A stretch of 63,276 nucleotides of DNA, filler included, from Hausera hauseri (taxonomy: Eukaryota), in NCBI GenBank assembly GCA_046269625.1. It is 9 parts of 9 records of this genome, joined end to end, with 100 filler letters (N's around TTAATTAATTAA, not from the genome) between each part and the next. Parts side by side here need not be neighbours in the genome. Positions count along the whole stretch, not along the records: positions 37,846 to 52,939 come from JBJURY010466577.1; 8 more parts are not named here. One strand, written 5' to 3'. The position numbers were made by a program, and so were the translations under genes. Below the pieces are notes generated by a model, which worked only from the letters and a program-made list of their open reading frames with translations, was not told where the DNA came from and did not search any database. This document shows positions 37,846 through 49,900 of the stretch, one piece after another (positions within the stretch are counted from its first letter, which is position 1; the number at the start of each line of letters is the position of its first letter).

Positions 37846-40212
37846 AACAGTATAGCCGAAAAACAAACAGAAGACCAACAAACTGGTTATATCATTAACT
37901 ATGTGAAAACAAGAAAATTTCCACCTCATGAAAAATTAACTAAATACCTTAAAAAAGAAGGTCAAAAATTTCTATTAGATGAAAACGTATTGAAATATAA
38001 TAGAGATGGTCAACTTCTAGTAGTCATACCAAAACATTTACGAAATGCCGTACTTTATCAAGAACATGACTCGAATTTAGCAGGTCATCCATCTTCGAGA
38101 AAAACCAAGAAGCGAATAAAACAGAAATACTATTGGCCTACAATTGAACAAGACGTTAAAGATTGGGTAGACGAATGCAAAATGTGTGCAACAATGAAAA
38201 ATAAAGGTAAACGTTACAGACCAGAGTTAAAATCGTTACCAGAACCAAACAGCCCAATGGAATTATGTGCCATGGATTTCTCTGGACCTTTCCCAACGAC
38301 ACCAAGAGGAAATAAATATATATTATTATGCATAGACTATCTAACTAGTTACCCTATACTAATTCCAACAAAGGATTTACTAGCCACCACAGTAGCAAAA
38401 AAATTTATTAATAAAATAGTTTGTCAATTCGGTGCACCACGTTATCTACTAACTGATAGAGCACCAAATTTCCGTAGTGAATTGTTGAAAGAAATCACAG
38501 ACATTTGTCAGACCAGTAGAATGCTAACATCAGCATATCACCCTCAATGTAACGGAAAAGTTGAAAGACTAAACTATACCGTGCAATGTATATTATCAGC
38601 TATGATAGATAAAACACAAAATGATTGGGATATCCATTTAAAAGTCGTACAATTTGCAATAGCAACTACGCCAACCAGCTCATCAGGATATTCACCGTTC
38701 AAATTATTATTTGGCAGAGATCCGCTCATGCCAATAGATATCCAATTATTACCAGAAAAGGCAATACCTGAAAAACAATCAGATGAAGATCTACATGAAA
38801 GTGTAGTAAGTAGTTTAGCAAATTGTTGGAAAAAGGCCAAACAATCTATCAAGCAATATAAACAAGACTATCAAGAATATTACAATAGAAAAGCTAACCC
38901 TCATAAGTTTCAACCAGGAGATAAAGTGATGGTGCATTACCCGGTAGCTAAACCAGGTAAATCACTAAAATTAACACGTACAGGTAAAGGACCTTATCTA
39001 GTAGTAAAAGTTACACCAGAAAATATATTTATAGAAAAGGGCACTGGTAAAAAGACCAGAATTGAATGCATTTCTGCCCAACGGGTCACAAAAGGACCAA
39101 AAGAATCCAAATCGGAAGAAGAACCACGATACTCCTTAAGATCAACTAAACAACCAGTTCTAAAACCAACATCTAGTCTCGAACAATTACTTTTTATAGT
39201 TATAATTTTTGGTATAATATTATCAGCCACAGGACAAGTATTAGAAACAAACCCAATAATGACGGGTCTGGAACAACGAATAGACATAAAATGGAAATAT
39301 GTAAAAGAAAGGTTAAATGTATTATTTTTAGGAGAACCAATTTTTAAAGAAATCACGCAATTGATACTACCTTCCAAAGAAATAGAGTTTTGGATGTTAA
39401 CTAAAAGATGTGTCAGAACCACGAACAGAATATGTTATCTTAATTTGTTCTTCTTAACAACACAAGAACTCTTACAAAAGGGACAAAGATTTATGCCTAT
39501 AGCAAAGCAAGTATATGTCGAAAGATTCCAACAAATCTTTTCCTTTGGTCAAAGAGACCACACACCAAAATTAATAGACAAAGTCATCATGAAAAGGCCT
39601 ACGTTAGTAAATGAAGTTGATCTACAAATAACATATTATTTACCTAAATTCTTCAAACATAAATCAGGTAAGAAGGCTTTAGACTTTCATATCCATATGT
39701 CATTAACACAGTTTTTTGGTTTAATACCTACGACAACGCCAAATTCAGTGGAAGACGAAGAAGAACAAATTACTGACCATAAATTGAATAAAATACCAGA
39801 TATCGATATAACCACGGCAGATGTATATATCGAATTCAAAGTTCTACAACTAGTAAACAATCCAATTTCTATAACTTGCACAGGAAAATTCCATGAAATA
39901 CAGGTTGTAATAAAACAAAAAGAAAAAATGACTAGATGTACTAATCTTCAACCAGATGAAGAATATCTGATCGTCTTCAAACAAGACCAAGCGATAACCC
40001 AATATCAAACAGTTAGAACCCAGACTAAAATTCAAAAATATCTCATACCCGAAGAAAATCTAGTCTATACACAAACACTACCCATAACTACTCCTAAAAT
40101 TTACAACAATGTTAACCCATTAAAAGACTATCATACCATTTACTATTATAATAACTCTCCTATTGCTAATTTCCCTACCATTTACAATAATCGAAATCAG
40201 AAAATGGAATAA
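37846..40212 (+). CDS. pol: Polyprotein C-terminal part: integrase, internal signal peptide, FN3-like accessory domain
   Basis: H..H/C..C zinc finger, MDFSGPFP, LTDRAPNF, AYHPQCNGKVERLN, KGPY; hydrophobic LLFIVIIFGIILSATG (39187-39234); TNLQPDEEYLIVF. Confidence 0.92.
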   Translation, partial: NSIAEKQTEDQQTGYIINYVKTRKFPPHEKLTKYLKKEGQKFLLDENVLKYNRDGQLLVVIPKHLRNAVLYQEHDSNLAGHPSSRKTKKRIKQKYYWPTIEQDVKDWVDECKMCATMKNKGKRYRPELKSLPEPNSPMELCAMDFSGPFPTTPRGNKYILLCIDYLTSYPILIPTKDLLATTVAKKFINKIVCQFGAPRYLLTDRAPNFRSELLKEITDICQTSRMLTSAYHPQCNGKVERLNYTVQCILSAMIDKTQNDWDIHLKVVQFAIATTPTSSSGYSPFKLLFGRDPLMPIDIQLLPEKAIPEKQSDEDLHESVVSSLANCWKKAKQSIKQYKQDYQEYYNRKANPHKFQPGDKVMVHYPVAKPGKSLKLTRTGKGPYLVVKVTPENIFIEKGTGKKTRIECISAQRVTKGPKESKSEEEPRYSLRSTKQPVLKPTSSLEQLLFIVIIFGIILSATGQVLETNPIMTGLEQRIDIKWKYVKERLNVLFLGEPIFKEITQLILPSKEIEFWMLTKRCVRTTNRICYLNLFFLTTQELLQKGQRFMPIAKQVYVERFQQIFSFGQRDHTPKLIDKVIMKRPTLVNEVDLQITYYLPKFFKHKSGKKALDFHIHMSLTQFFGLIPTTTPNSVEDEEEQITDHKLNKIPDIDITTADVYIEFKVLQLVNNPISITCTGKFHEIQVVIKQKEKMTRCTNLQPDEEYLIVFKQDQAITQYQTVRTQTKIQKYLIPEENLVYTQTLPITTPKIYNNVNPLKDYHTIYYYNNSPIANFPTIYNNRNQKME

Positions 40213-40603
40213 AAAACGTAATATAATGAACAGAACCTTATTACTTACAACAAGCCTAATATGTTTAGTTAATATTGATAGGGAGGTGAAATTGGCAGTG
40301 AGCGTTTTTGAGACTAAAAGTTACAAACGAACAATAATAATACCACGTGTGAAAAAATCAACGTTAATGCAATATAATACGCAAAAAGACAAACGAAGTC
40401 CACCAATAATTGATGAACTAATAAAGTTAAACCTCACCAACATAATTAAAGGTCAAAAACAATCAATAATACGGCATATTTTATGCAAGGCAAATCTATC
40501 AACAAATAATCAACCAATCAAATTTAACTACATAAAGTTAAGTAAAATATACATACACGGGCTATATAATAAAACTCGTAATCAAAATCATTTCTTTTTC
40601 AGC

Positions 40604-42637
40604 ATGTCACACTTTAATATTGACCTCGATGCTACCGATGCAGAGTCAGAATCCTCAGTCTCATCAACCGAAACTGTGATCCCTAACCCTAAACGAAGGG
40701 TTATATCATCTCAACAACAATCCAATTCATTCTCTTTTCAAAATCCAACTCAAGGATTATATATGAGTAGAGGTATTCTAGCTAACCCTACCAAAACAAT
40801 AACAAATCAAACTAAACAAAAAATAAAATCTATGGTGGAAATCAGGAAGAAAGCACCAAGTTTCGAGGACTTACCTAAAGAAAAACGGGCTAAACTTCAG
40901 AAACAAATATTAACTAATTTTCAAGAAACAGAAATGGATCGAATAATGAATCGACCTTGGGAAGAATTGTATAAAAAATATATAAATATTTACGATATAC
41001 AAACAAACATATTTCCGTCAAAATTTTATAACCGAATAACAGAATTATCGGAAACATCATTGGATATACTCTTCCCAGAATGTAAATATTTGGAAAACGC
41101 CCTAAAAACTTCTACTACAAACAGTAGAACTTTCCGAATATTGAGAATAGAAAATGCAAGATACAATGTTAACCTTAACGATATTTTATATCCTAACCAA
41201 CTAACAGAAAAGGTCTTAATTCATGTAACCCAAGGAAAAATACAGTTTAGAGCCCATTCGGAAACTTACGAAAGTGTGGATCCTCAAATTTCGACATTAA
41301 CTGGAAAAACCTCCATGAGGATTAAATATCCTGCTCTTCAAACATCAATTTATTTCAAAGTAATATTATTTCCGGTAATACTCGGACTAGAAGTATGTCA
41401 AAAAATGGATGATAACAAAGGATTTAAAGAGCCAAATTTTTACAAAAGACCACCAAAAGATGAAGTCTGTAATTATCGGCTAACAACAGCCAATAATTAT
41501 AGATATCTAGCAGTTTCACTGGCCTATGCCTCAAACGGTGATCCCCTTCCAGTGGAAGTAATTATTGCAGATGAGGAAAAGCTCATTATTTATCAGGCTT
41601 ATCTAAATCCTAGACGAAAAATAGCCAATACAAATGAGCACATCCATGGATTATCACTTTCTATAATTGAAGAAGCAGAGGATGAAGAAACAATTAGAGG
41701 TGAAATAATACAATATTTATATGGATACATAATTATTAGTGCTAACACTAGCACTATCCTCAAGGCTTTACGGATACCCGAAACCTTTCTGTTTGGAATA
41801 ATGGATATATTATCCACACCTAATACAAAAATTAGGTTTGCTGAAGAAAAATTAAAAATTAACCTTACCCAACTGCCAAAAGTGTATGGATTTCAATACG
41901 AGTTCCCAAAAACGGCCGAGACCATAATACAGGTATTAATCGAAATATATAATAAAATATCACAGACTTGTTCAAATGAACATTGGAAATTCGATTGGGA
42001 ACCACCATCAAATAATTTGATTAATGATGGATCCTTCATGGAAATTGCAGAAAAATATCATACAAACTATAAATTTGAAAAAATCCAACCTTCAAGTATT
42101 AATGAAGATCAAATTTCATCATCAATAAATCAATTAAAGAATAACACAATTCAGATAATACGTCAATTAGAAAATAAATGCCCAGCAATAAATGTATCTA
42201 TTATACTATTTGGACAAACCAGTCAAATAATTAATGTCTTTTATATTCAAGAGCCAACAACGACTCTCAATCAAAACAAACAGATAATACCCGATCCAAC
42301 GCATGGCAAGGTGATAGGCATAGTGTATAAACACTCTATGCATTCCACTCTCCATTTAGCTGCCATAGGAGCTAATATGGAGAAAATACAGCAAATCAAA
42401 GATGAACCTATTACTACGGTACAACCTATTCCAATGCAACTTGACCTTATTCCAATCCCTAAACCAAGGGGAGGAAAACACCTTAGCTTAAAAAACACAA
42501 CCAGAGCCAAACTTCGCATGTTGTTATTTGAAAACAGAGGCCAATATCAATTGGAGAATATTTTCAGAATGGAAACCACAATTCAGAAGGAGAATAACGA
42601 CAGAATGAAAACAGTTGACATTGTAATCCAATTATGA
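40604..42637 (+). CDS. Accessory ORF2 (677 aa from ATG 40604; frame open from 40163) with inactive DEDDh exonuclease-like domain
   Basis: Intact ORF. TTTCTTTTTCAG acceptor-like sequence directly before the ATG. REX4-like pattern at ~41498-41950. Confidence 0.75.
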   Translation: MSHFNIDLDATDAESESSVSSTETVIPNPKRRVISSQQQSNSFSFQNPTQGLYMSRGILANPTKTITNQTKQKIKSMVEIRKKAPSFEDLPKEKRAKLQKQILTNFQETEMDRIMNRPWEELYKKYINIYDIQTNIFPSKFYNRITELSETSLDILFPECKYLENALKTSTTNSRTFRILRIENARYNVNLNDILYPNQLTEKVLIHVTQGKIQFRAHSETYESVDPQISTLTGKTSMRIKYPALQTSIYFKVILFPVILGLEVCQKMDDNKGFKEPNFYKRPPKDEVCNYRLTTANNYRYLAVSLAYASNGDPLPVEVIIADEEKLIIYQAYLNPRRKIANTNEHIHGLSLSIIEEAEDEETIRGEIIQYLYGYIIISANTSTILKALRIPETFLFGIMDILSTPNTKIRFAEEKLKINLTQLPKVYGFQYEFPKTAETIIQVLIEIYNKISQTCSNEHWKFDWEPPSNNLINDGSFMEIAEKYHTNYKFEKIQPSSINEDQISSSINQLKNNTIQIIRQLENKCPAINVSIILFGQTSQIINVFYIQEPTTTLNQNKQIIPDPTHGKVIGIVYKHSMHSTLHLAAIGANMEKIQQIKDEPITTVQPIPMQLDLIPIPKPRGGKHLSLKNTTRAKLRMLLFENRGQYQLENIFRMETTIQKENNDRMKTVDIVIQL

Positions 42638-42802
42638 ATCACATTGTGACTTTTACTTTCTGATTTTGAAATCTTCTTGTACTCTTTCATACCTTCTTGT
42701 CGTATTCTTCACCCTCATATTCATTGTATTATTTTTATTGTATTGTAAATAACAACTGATTTCGTTGATTTTTCAAAATTTTACTGATTTAAAATTTTTT
42801 TT

Positions 42803-42817
42803 AAGGGGGGGGGGAGA
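42803..42817 (+). promoter_or_regulatory. Polypurine tract
   Basis: AA(G)10AGA immediately before the TGTT LTR start. Confidence 0.9.
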
Positions 42818-43714
42818 TGTTAGGATTTGACACATAGATCTCATAGAGGTTTCACACAAGGAGGAACATTTTAAATCAATTGATTACTGTTAGGGTTTAG
42901 AACTTAAGATTTAGATTTTAGATTTAGAATTCAGTTTCTAAAATTAGAAATGCGTTGTCACAAAGTACAGAGAACCCTGGAATTCAGAATTCGGTTTTAG
43001 CGTTGTTACAAAGTACAGCCGCGAAATAACCATTTAGCGTAGTTACAAAGTGTAACAGACAAATTATGGTTACTAAAAACAGTAACCCTTTAAGAGCTGT
43101 GTACAACACCCCTCTGCCCCAAATTGAAAATGATACCAAAAAAGGTAACAAATTCACACCTCCACCATCACCCATAAAATAAGTATAAAAGTAAGACCTA
43201 AAATCATAACGACAAGAACAATTTTACTTAAACATATAAAAATCTATAATGTTTAAAGGATTAACGAAATCAGTTATGAAAGATTATTTTTCAAGTTCAG
43301 TTGTATTACCATTCTTTGTTATTTGAATATAACTGAGTCTCTCGGAATATTTATTTTATTTTCAATTGTGGAAAAATCAATTTCGGGATAAAAAGGGAAG
43401 AAAAGTAAATTTCATTTTTACTTTCTTTTTAACAATTATTTTGTTAATTCATTTATTCACCTTCTTCGTTGAATAAATAAATTTTTAATCCCACAAATTA
43501 ATAGCGTTGCAGTCGAAACCATAGTAGACTACGCAATCTTTCACCAATTAAATAAAATTAAACATTAAGAAATTAATTCTACTTTTGTTTTAAATATCCT
43601 TCATCAGATCTATAAATTACACAAGGGTTAAATAAAACCACAATACAAATCACAAACAGAATCCAATTTAACTTTTGAAAAATTCAAGTTGAAATTTTGG
43701 ACACCGAACCAACA
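42818..43714 (+). repeat. LTR (897 bp; single collapsed copy)
   Basis: TGTT...AACA termini between PPT and PBS; TATAAAA at 43184-43190, AATAAA at 43472-43477. Confidence 0.88.
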
Positions 43715-43718
43715 TTTC

Positions 43719-43736
43719 TGGCGACCCTAGCAGGAC
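43719..43736 (+). promoter_or_regulatory. Primer-binding site, tRNA-Arg type
   Basis: TGGCGACCCTAGCAGGAC, 4 nt after the LTR end; resembles the complement of a tRNA-Arg 3' end (TGGCGACC as in 412/mdg1 elements). Confidence 0.82.
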
Positions 43737-43934
43737 TGTTTGTGCTATAGTAACACATATAAAATCATAAACATTTCTAGCCCTAGAAAAGCTAAACTTG
43801 AAGCTAGAAAACGCATTGCTGCCAATTTCGCATCCATAGATAAATCAAAAAATCTACAACCTATTTTAAAAGATTTAACAGTTGAAATTGAACCACTAAA
43901 ATTAGACTTAATCGAAAAAGAAATTGAAAATAAT

Positions 43935-46900
43935 ATGGCTAATTTACAACCTATTAATTTAACTGTGTTCGAACCACTGAATATACCAAAATATAATGGT
44001 GACCCTGCAGGTTTACTAAAATTCCTAAAAACTTATCGACTCTTAAGTGAAGGATTAGGTGTTGAACAACAAGCCTATATCCGTAGAATGCCATTATACC
44101 TTGATGAAGTTGCACTCGATGTTTTTCAAGAATTATCAACTGAAGAAAAAGCTGATTGGGATAAATTAACCTCAGCTTTAATTAAACGCCTAATGCCTAC
44201 AGTTACTCCAACGGCTCAACTAGCTATCTTGCAAAGACGCTTCCAACAAACTGGAGAAACTGTCACCCAATATTCATACGCTTTGTCCGAATTAGCAAAA
44301 AATTATGCTAACACCGTAAAGACTCAAATTTTAATTAAAAAGCCTAATGCAAAAGAGGCAGAATTAGAAGTAGAAACCGATATCCACTTGTTAACGCAGT
44401 TTTTAAAAGGTGTTAGAAAGGATATCAAAACAGATATCTTGAAAAGAAACTGTTTAACTTTTAAAGATGCTGTAAGAGAAGCACAAAATCTCGAAGCTTA
44501 TGTAGGCCCCTATAAAGATGAAAGACCACCAAAATCTAATCAAAGATTTAACAATAATAATCCAAATAATCAACAAAATCAGCAGCAAAACCAACAACAA
44601 AATCAACAGCAAAGTATTAACAATCAGCAACAAAAACAAAGTAAACCTCAACAAAATCAAAATAATTATGGAAACTCAAACAATTCATATCAAAAAGATA
44701 ATAATTTTGGTAAAAAACCATTCAATAAAAATAATTCATCAAACCAATATCAACAGAAAGGTCGAGTTGATATCAACAAAAATGGTACCCCCATAGTTTG
44801 CAAAAGATGTGAACTAACAGGACACAATTCCATAAATTGCATGACACCAGTAGATCAACTCCCAAGAGTGAAACAAGAAAAAAGTGTAAATCTTTCGTCG
44901 CTTCATGAAACGTTAGAAGACGTAAAATTAAAATTAGATAAATTACCACCAACGGTAAAGGAACAGTTTATAAACCAAGCTGCTAATGAAAGCAGAGAAG
45001 TGGATACAATGTTGAAAAGATACAACGCTGGAAAGTACAAATCACAAGTATCATCTATGTTAGAAGAAGATGATTATACTGACGAATTCATTACAGATAG
45101 TATAATTTTATCTACTAGAAAACGAGCAGTAGACAAGGTAATGCAAGGAATACCATTAACACCAGCCGAAGAACTATTACTTAATGCAATGCCAATAGGC
45201 CCTGAATCAAGATATGATAGTCATGGCATTAATGAACCTAATATTTACAAAGATAATGAGACTAGTTCACTTTTCCCACCTTTTCATATTAATGAAAATA
45301 TTGAAGAAAAAGAGGAAAATAACGATGAAACAATAGCTGTCATAGATCTAGACAAATATTCTGATAAAGAATCTGAAAAATCGCTCCATATTGACGAAGG
45401 TTCCGATAAATCCATCCAGATAACAGAAGAAGTAGAAACTATACTTAAACAAATGGACGAAATAGATATAACAGATCTTAACAAACCAATCTTGAATAAA
45501 CCAAGTTCTCAAAATATAATTAAATCAGACAGTGAAGAATTTTTATCAACAGTTCATAAAAAGAAAGGCAAAAAGATGGATAAAGCAGAACCATCAACTA
45601 CTGAAATAAGTAGAGAAGAAAAATTTATAGCGCAAAATATTAAACAGGATATTAAAAATATCCTAGCTGGAGAAATACCTTCCTATGCTAAGGATCTGCC
45701 TGAGATGCAATTAGTAATAGTATCAAAGCAATTAAACGATCCAAAAGCCCTAAAACAATCAGAAATCTTTAAAGATCTATTACAGGTACTAAAGCAAGTA
45801 CATAACAATAGATATAAACAACAATGTTTAAATATAGAAAACATCATTGATGAAGTTTTAGGAAGACCTAAAGATATAGAAAGTCATACTCGCAGCAATC
45901 CAGTTGAGATCATAGATTTGACTGAATATTCTCCAGAGATCGAATTTAATATAAGACAAATTTTAGCTAAAGCTAAAAATTTTAATATGGAAGAAATTCC
46001 AGATATCGAACAACTACAAAATCTCTTAGAAAAATTAGAAAACTACCTTCAACAAAAAAGAAAAATACCTTTCTTAGAGCGTCAAGATATACAAAGTGCA
46101 ATGAGAGATTTACAACAAAAGATTGTAGATTTCGAACTTAAAAAACAATCTATAGTAGAAATATATTTTGACATAGATAAAATAATTCAATCAAAGTTAT
46201 CTAGGCAAGAAAAAATGAGATGGCTAGAACGAAAAAATCTAGTTGCACAGACAATGGAGTTTCCGTTTAAAAAAGAAAATGAGCAAAAAAGGTCTGAGAT
46301 TCGACAAGAAATTATTAAGTTTACTAAACCAAGTAGACAGAAAGTAAATGAATTAAAAACCAGAATTGAAAACCTTAGTAGAATGAATTTACCAAAGTTA
46401 TCCCAAGAAAAGTTAAATAAACAAATGTTAAAGTTGAACAAATTCAAAACCACCTTTACTGAAAATGATCGAGCTAAAATCGATGCCATTGAATATTTTC
46501 TAGATAAAATAGATGACACTCCCAAATTAATGGCACAAATTGAGGAATTAAAAAATAAATTAAGAAGCAAGACCTTTAAACCTCTTGACGAAATAAAAGC
46601 AAGTAAACATCTAAAAACCGTAAATAACTTAAAACCTTTCTTCACAGAGTTGGATAAGAAAAAGATTAAGAAAATAGAAGAATGGTATAAAGATGCTACT
46701 ACAGATCAATATGCATCTCAAGAAAACCTTGTCGATATAGACGACATTGATCCAGCAGAATTAGATGATATAGAAGAAATAAACAATGATGATGATCTCG
46801 AATTAACAGAAAGGGACATTGAAGAAACCCTACAACAATACGAGGAAACATGTAACGAACCGTTATCTAACCAAATAGTACTAGACGAATATTCAGTGAA

Positions 46901-49900
46901 TAAGTTAAAATCTGATATAACCATGACTCAGGTTTGGCCAGAGATCCTAGATGAACACGCATCAAATTGTCTAGAATTAAAACTAGATTTAAAAACAATA
47001 AAAGATAAAATACCTGAGCTCATCACATTAGCAGCGGATAATAATCGCTATAATGCACTCCCAAGGATATTATTAAAAAAATATGGAGAACAGTTTCGGC
47101 ATTTAACACCAATGGTTTTACCTATTAGAGTTCTTACGCTCAAAGCAAAAGACTCAAAAATTATCATGAATACTCATGACACTGTGTTAACAGCAAAGCA
47201 AGTCATAGCACAACAATTGAAAATGAATATCAATTATATGAGAATAATTTTTAATAATCGAATATTAGACAATGCAACACACCTCACGGAAGTAGGTATC
47301 CTCCCAGATGGAAACAATGAAATCCACGTAGTTGAAACAAATCAACTATTAAAAGAAGATGTAATAAGAAGAATATCTGATGGCCAAGACATTAAAATAG
47401 ATGAAGAAATTCTGGGAGTAACAGACAAAAAACTGTTTGTAGCTAAACTTAAAAATAATTTAATTAACCAACAAGAAATTTCATTATGTGACTACGATCA
47501 AGAAATTCACCAAAATATTCCACAACAGCTAATGCAAGCTAAATCAAAAAGAGGTAAAACTAGACAAACTAATGATGAAGTAATCGTCGACTCATTTGTA
47601 CAAAAATTCACTAATGCTGAAGTAATTAAAACAAATAAAAGTTATAAAATCATCCGGGATTTGTTAAAAGAGTTATACGATATCATTAATGGTGTTATCA
47701 CTATTAACAAAGATACACCAAATTGGATAAAAAGTGTTAAAGAATTAGCACTACAATATCAAAAAGAAACAGCACCAAAACAACTTCGCGAACAAATTGC
47801 TCGAAAATTACTGCAACCTATATCAAAAAGGCGTATCGAAAAAACCATGATATACCTGACTACGACAATAACAAACAAATCTGAATTAAAAGAAATAATC
47901 CCAATCATTATAGATCTAATCGAGCCAGATGTTACTCGATTTGGTGGATGGCCAACAATATTTGACAGAGAAATCTTGCAAAAACAACCATTAATTCAGC
48001 AAACTGAAAATAACATTGAAAAATTACCAGAACTAGTAAAACAAATGACGGATGCAATAAAAGAACAGCAAACCGAAGATGAAAAGATGGGCATAACGTC
48101 AACTAAAACAATGATGAATGCATTCTTAGCTATTCTATTAATGCTAACCACTATCCTACCAAAAGGAGCAGGTATAACAATATATGATTGTAATAACAAC
48201 ATAAAACACGGAAAAAAATATTCCTTAATGGATTTAGATAAATGCCCAGACGCATCACCACACAGGATAGTAACACTGCAAGAATATATTTATGTATATC
48301 AACAAAAACAAAAAATACATACGGAAGGGTACGAATGTTCGCTGCAATTATCAGAAAAATGGCAACATTGCGGTATGCACAGTCATATGTCAGAAATAAG
48401 TCCATTCACACCCTTTAAGCAACTGAAATTAACACCACAACAATGCCAAGAAGCAATAAATTACGGACGATACGTTTGGGATGGATCAACAATAGATATC
48501 CAAGTTGGGGAAATTCGAACATATTTGAAATACAAAGAAGGTACCATAGATGCAGCAGGAAATTGTGCATCAAGTGATGGAGGAAAAGGAAAAATACATA
48601 TCCAGAGATTTATAGCTGAATTAAAAGTGGCAAAATTCATCTTTGATACTACTACTAACACCATGGTGGATGCACCATTTTGTAAGTACACAGCAGAATC
48701 ATGTCGAGTCAGAACTGGATTATTATATTGGACAGTTAATAAAAACCAAAATGATTGCCAATTGGCTCTAATTAAAAAAGGAATGTTTAATGTTACAACT
48801 GGATATCGCTATAATGATGAAATGAATAAAAATTTGCCCGATGCATCGGTAAGACGAATACCAGAAAATCCCACATCCAGGGTATATTGGTCTAGTAACG
48901 TGACAGAAGGAATGAAATTCATCAGGCAAGAGGCAGTAGTAATATGTGGAACAACACTATGGAGAACAAATTATCCAAATTTCTTCATTTCTCAAACTTC
49001 TGTAAATCAAGCAGACGGAACCTTTGCAGATAAAACTCAACATTTAGATCTCCAATCATATATAAGAAATCGTGACGATTACTTATATTTCATTACTACA
49101 AAAAGTATACATGAAATGTATTCAGAAGTAATTGAAAATGATTGCAGATTAAATCAAGAAATATTACGAACAAAACTATCATTAATAACATCAAATCCGG
49201 ACATGATAGCACCAGCGTTACCATTAATGGAAGGGATGTTTGGAAGAGTCATCGGAGAAACTCTGATAACTTTTAAATGCGAAAAAATAGAAGCAAACTT
49301 AGCGGTAGATAGAAAAATAGTAAGCACTTGTACCGCCGAAATACCTATAACAATTAATGGTGAAACAAGATATGCAACACCAATAACACGAATCCTATTA
49401 CCAAAACAAACTAAGCCAACAATTATCCAAAATTGTACAGGTTTAGTAAAACCAATAATAAAATTTAATAATCAAGATCAATGGGTACAATTGCCAGAAG
49501 GTACTATTGTAACCACACCAAGTAAAATAACAATGACAGCATTAAAATACGCCGTCGATATAAATTTATTTCAGGACACGTCACAAGTTGGATTATATGG
49601 ACCAACAGAAGTGAACGCTTTCATCAAACAAATAATGTTCCCTATAATGAGAGAACAGGAATTTAATCGAGTTGGACATGCCGTTCTAATGAGTGAATCA
49701 TCTAATCGAGACTACAGTCAAGGATGGCAAACAGTATTGAATCCCAACTTACATGAAGAAGCAGCTAAACGAGTTTTTAAAAAGTTATTTGGAAGTTTTC
49801 AGTGGTTTGGAAATATAGCTGCAGGAGTTTTGGCCATTTACTATATACTAATGTGGATAAAAATGGGACTCATGTCATGCATAGATGCTTATGGTATATA

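Noticed and set aside
37846-37922. 77-bp terminal direct repeat as an LTR or target-site duplication
   Set aside because: It lies inside pol coding sequence and its length matches a standard assembler k-mer. The real LTR is 42818-43714.
40163-40603. N-terminal 147 codons of the 824-aa ORF as real protein
   Set aside because: Non-ATG start overlapping the pol end; the acceptor-like sequence plus ATG at 40604 is the more plausible start, though not proven.
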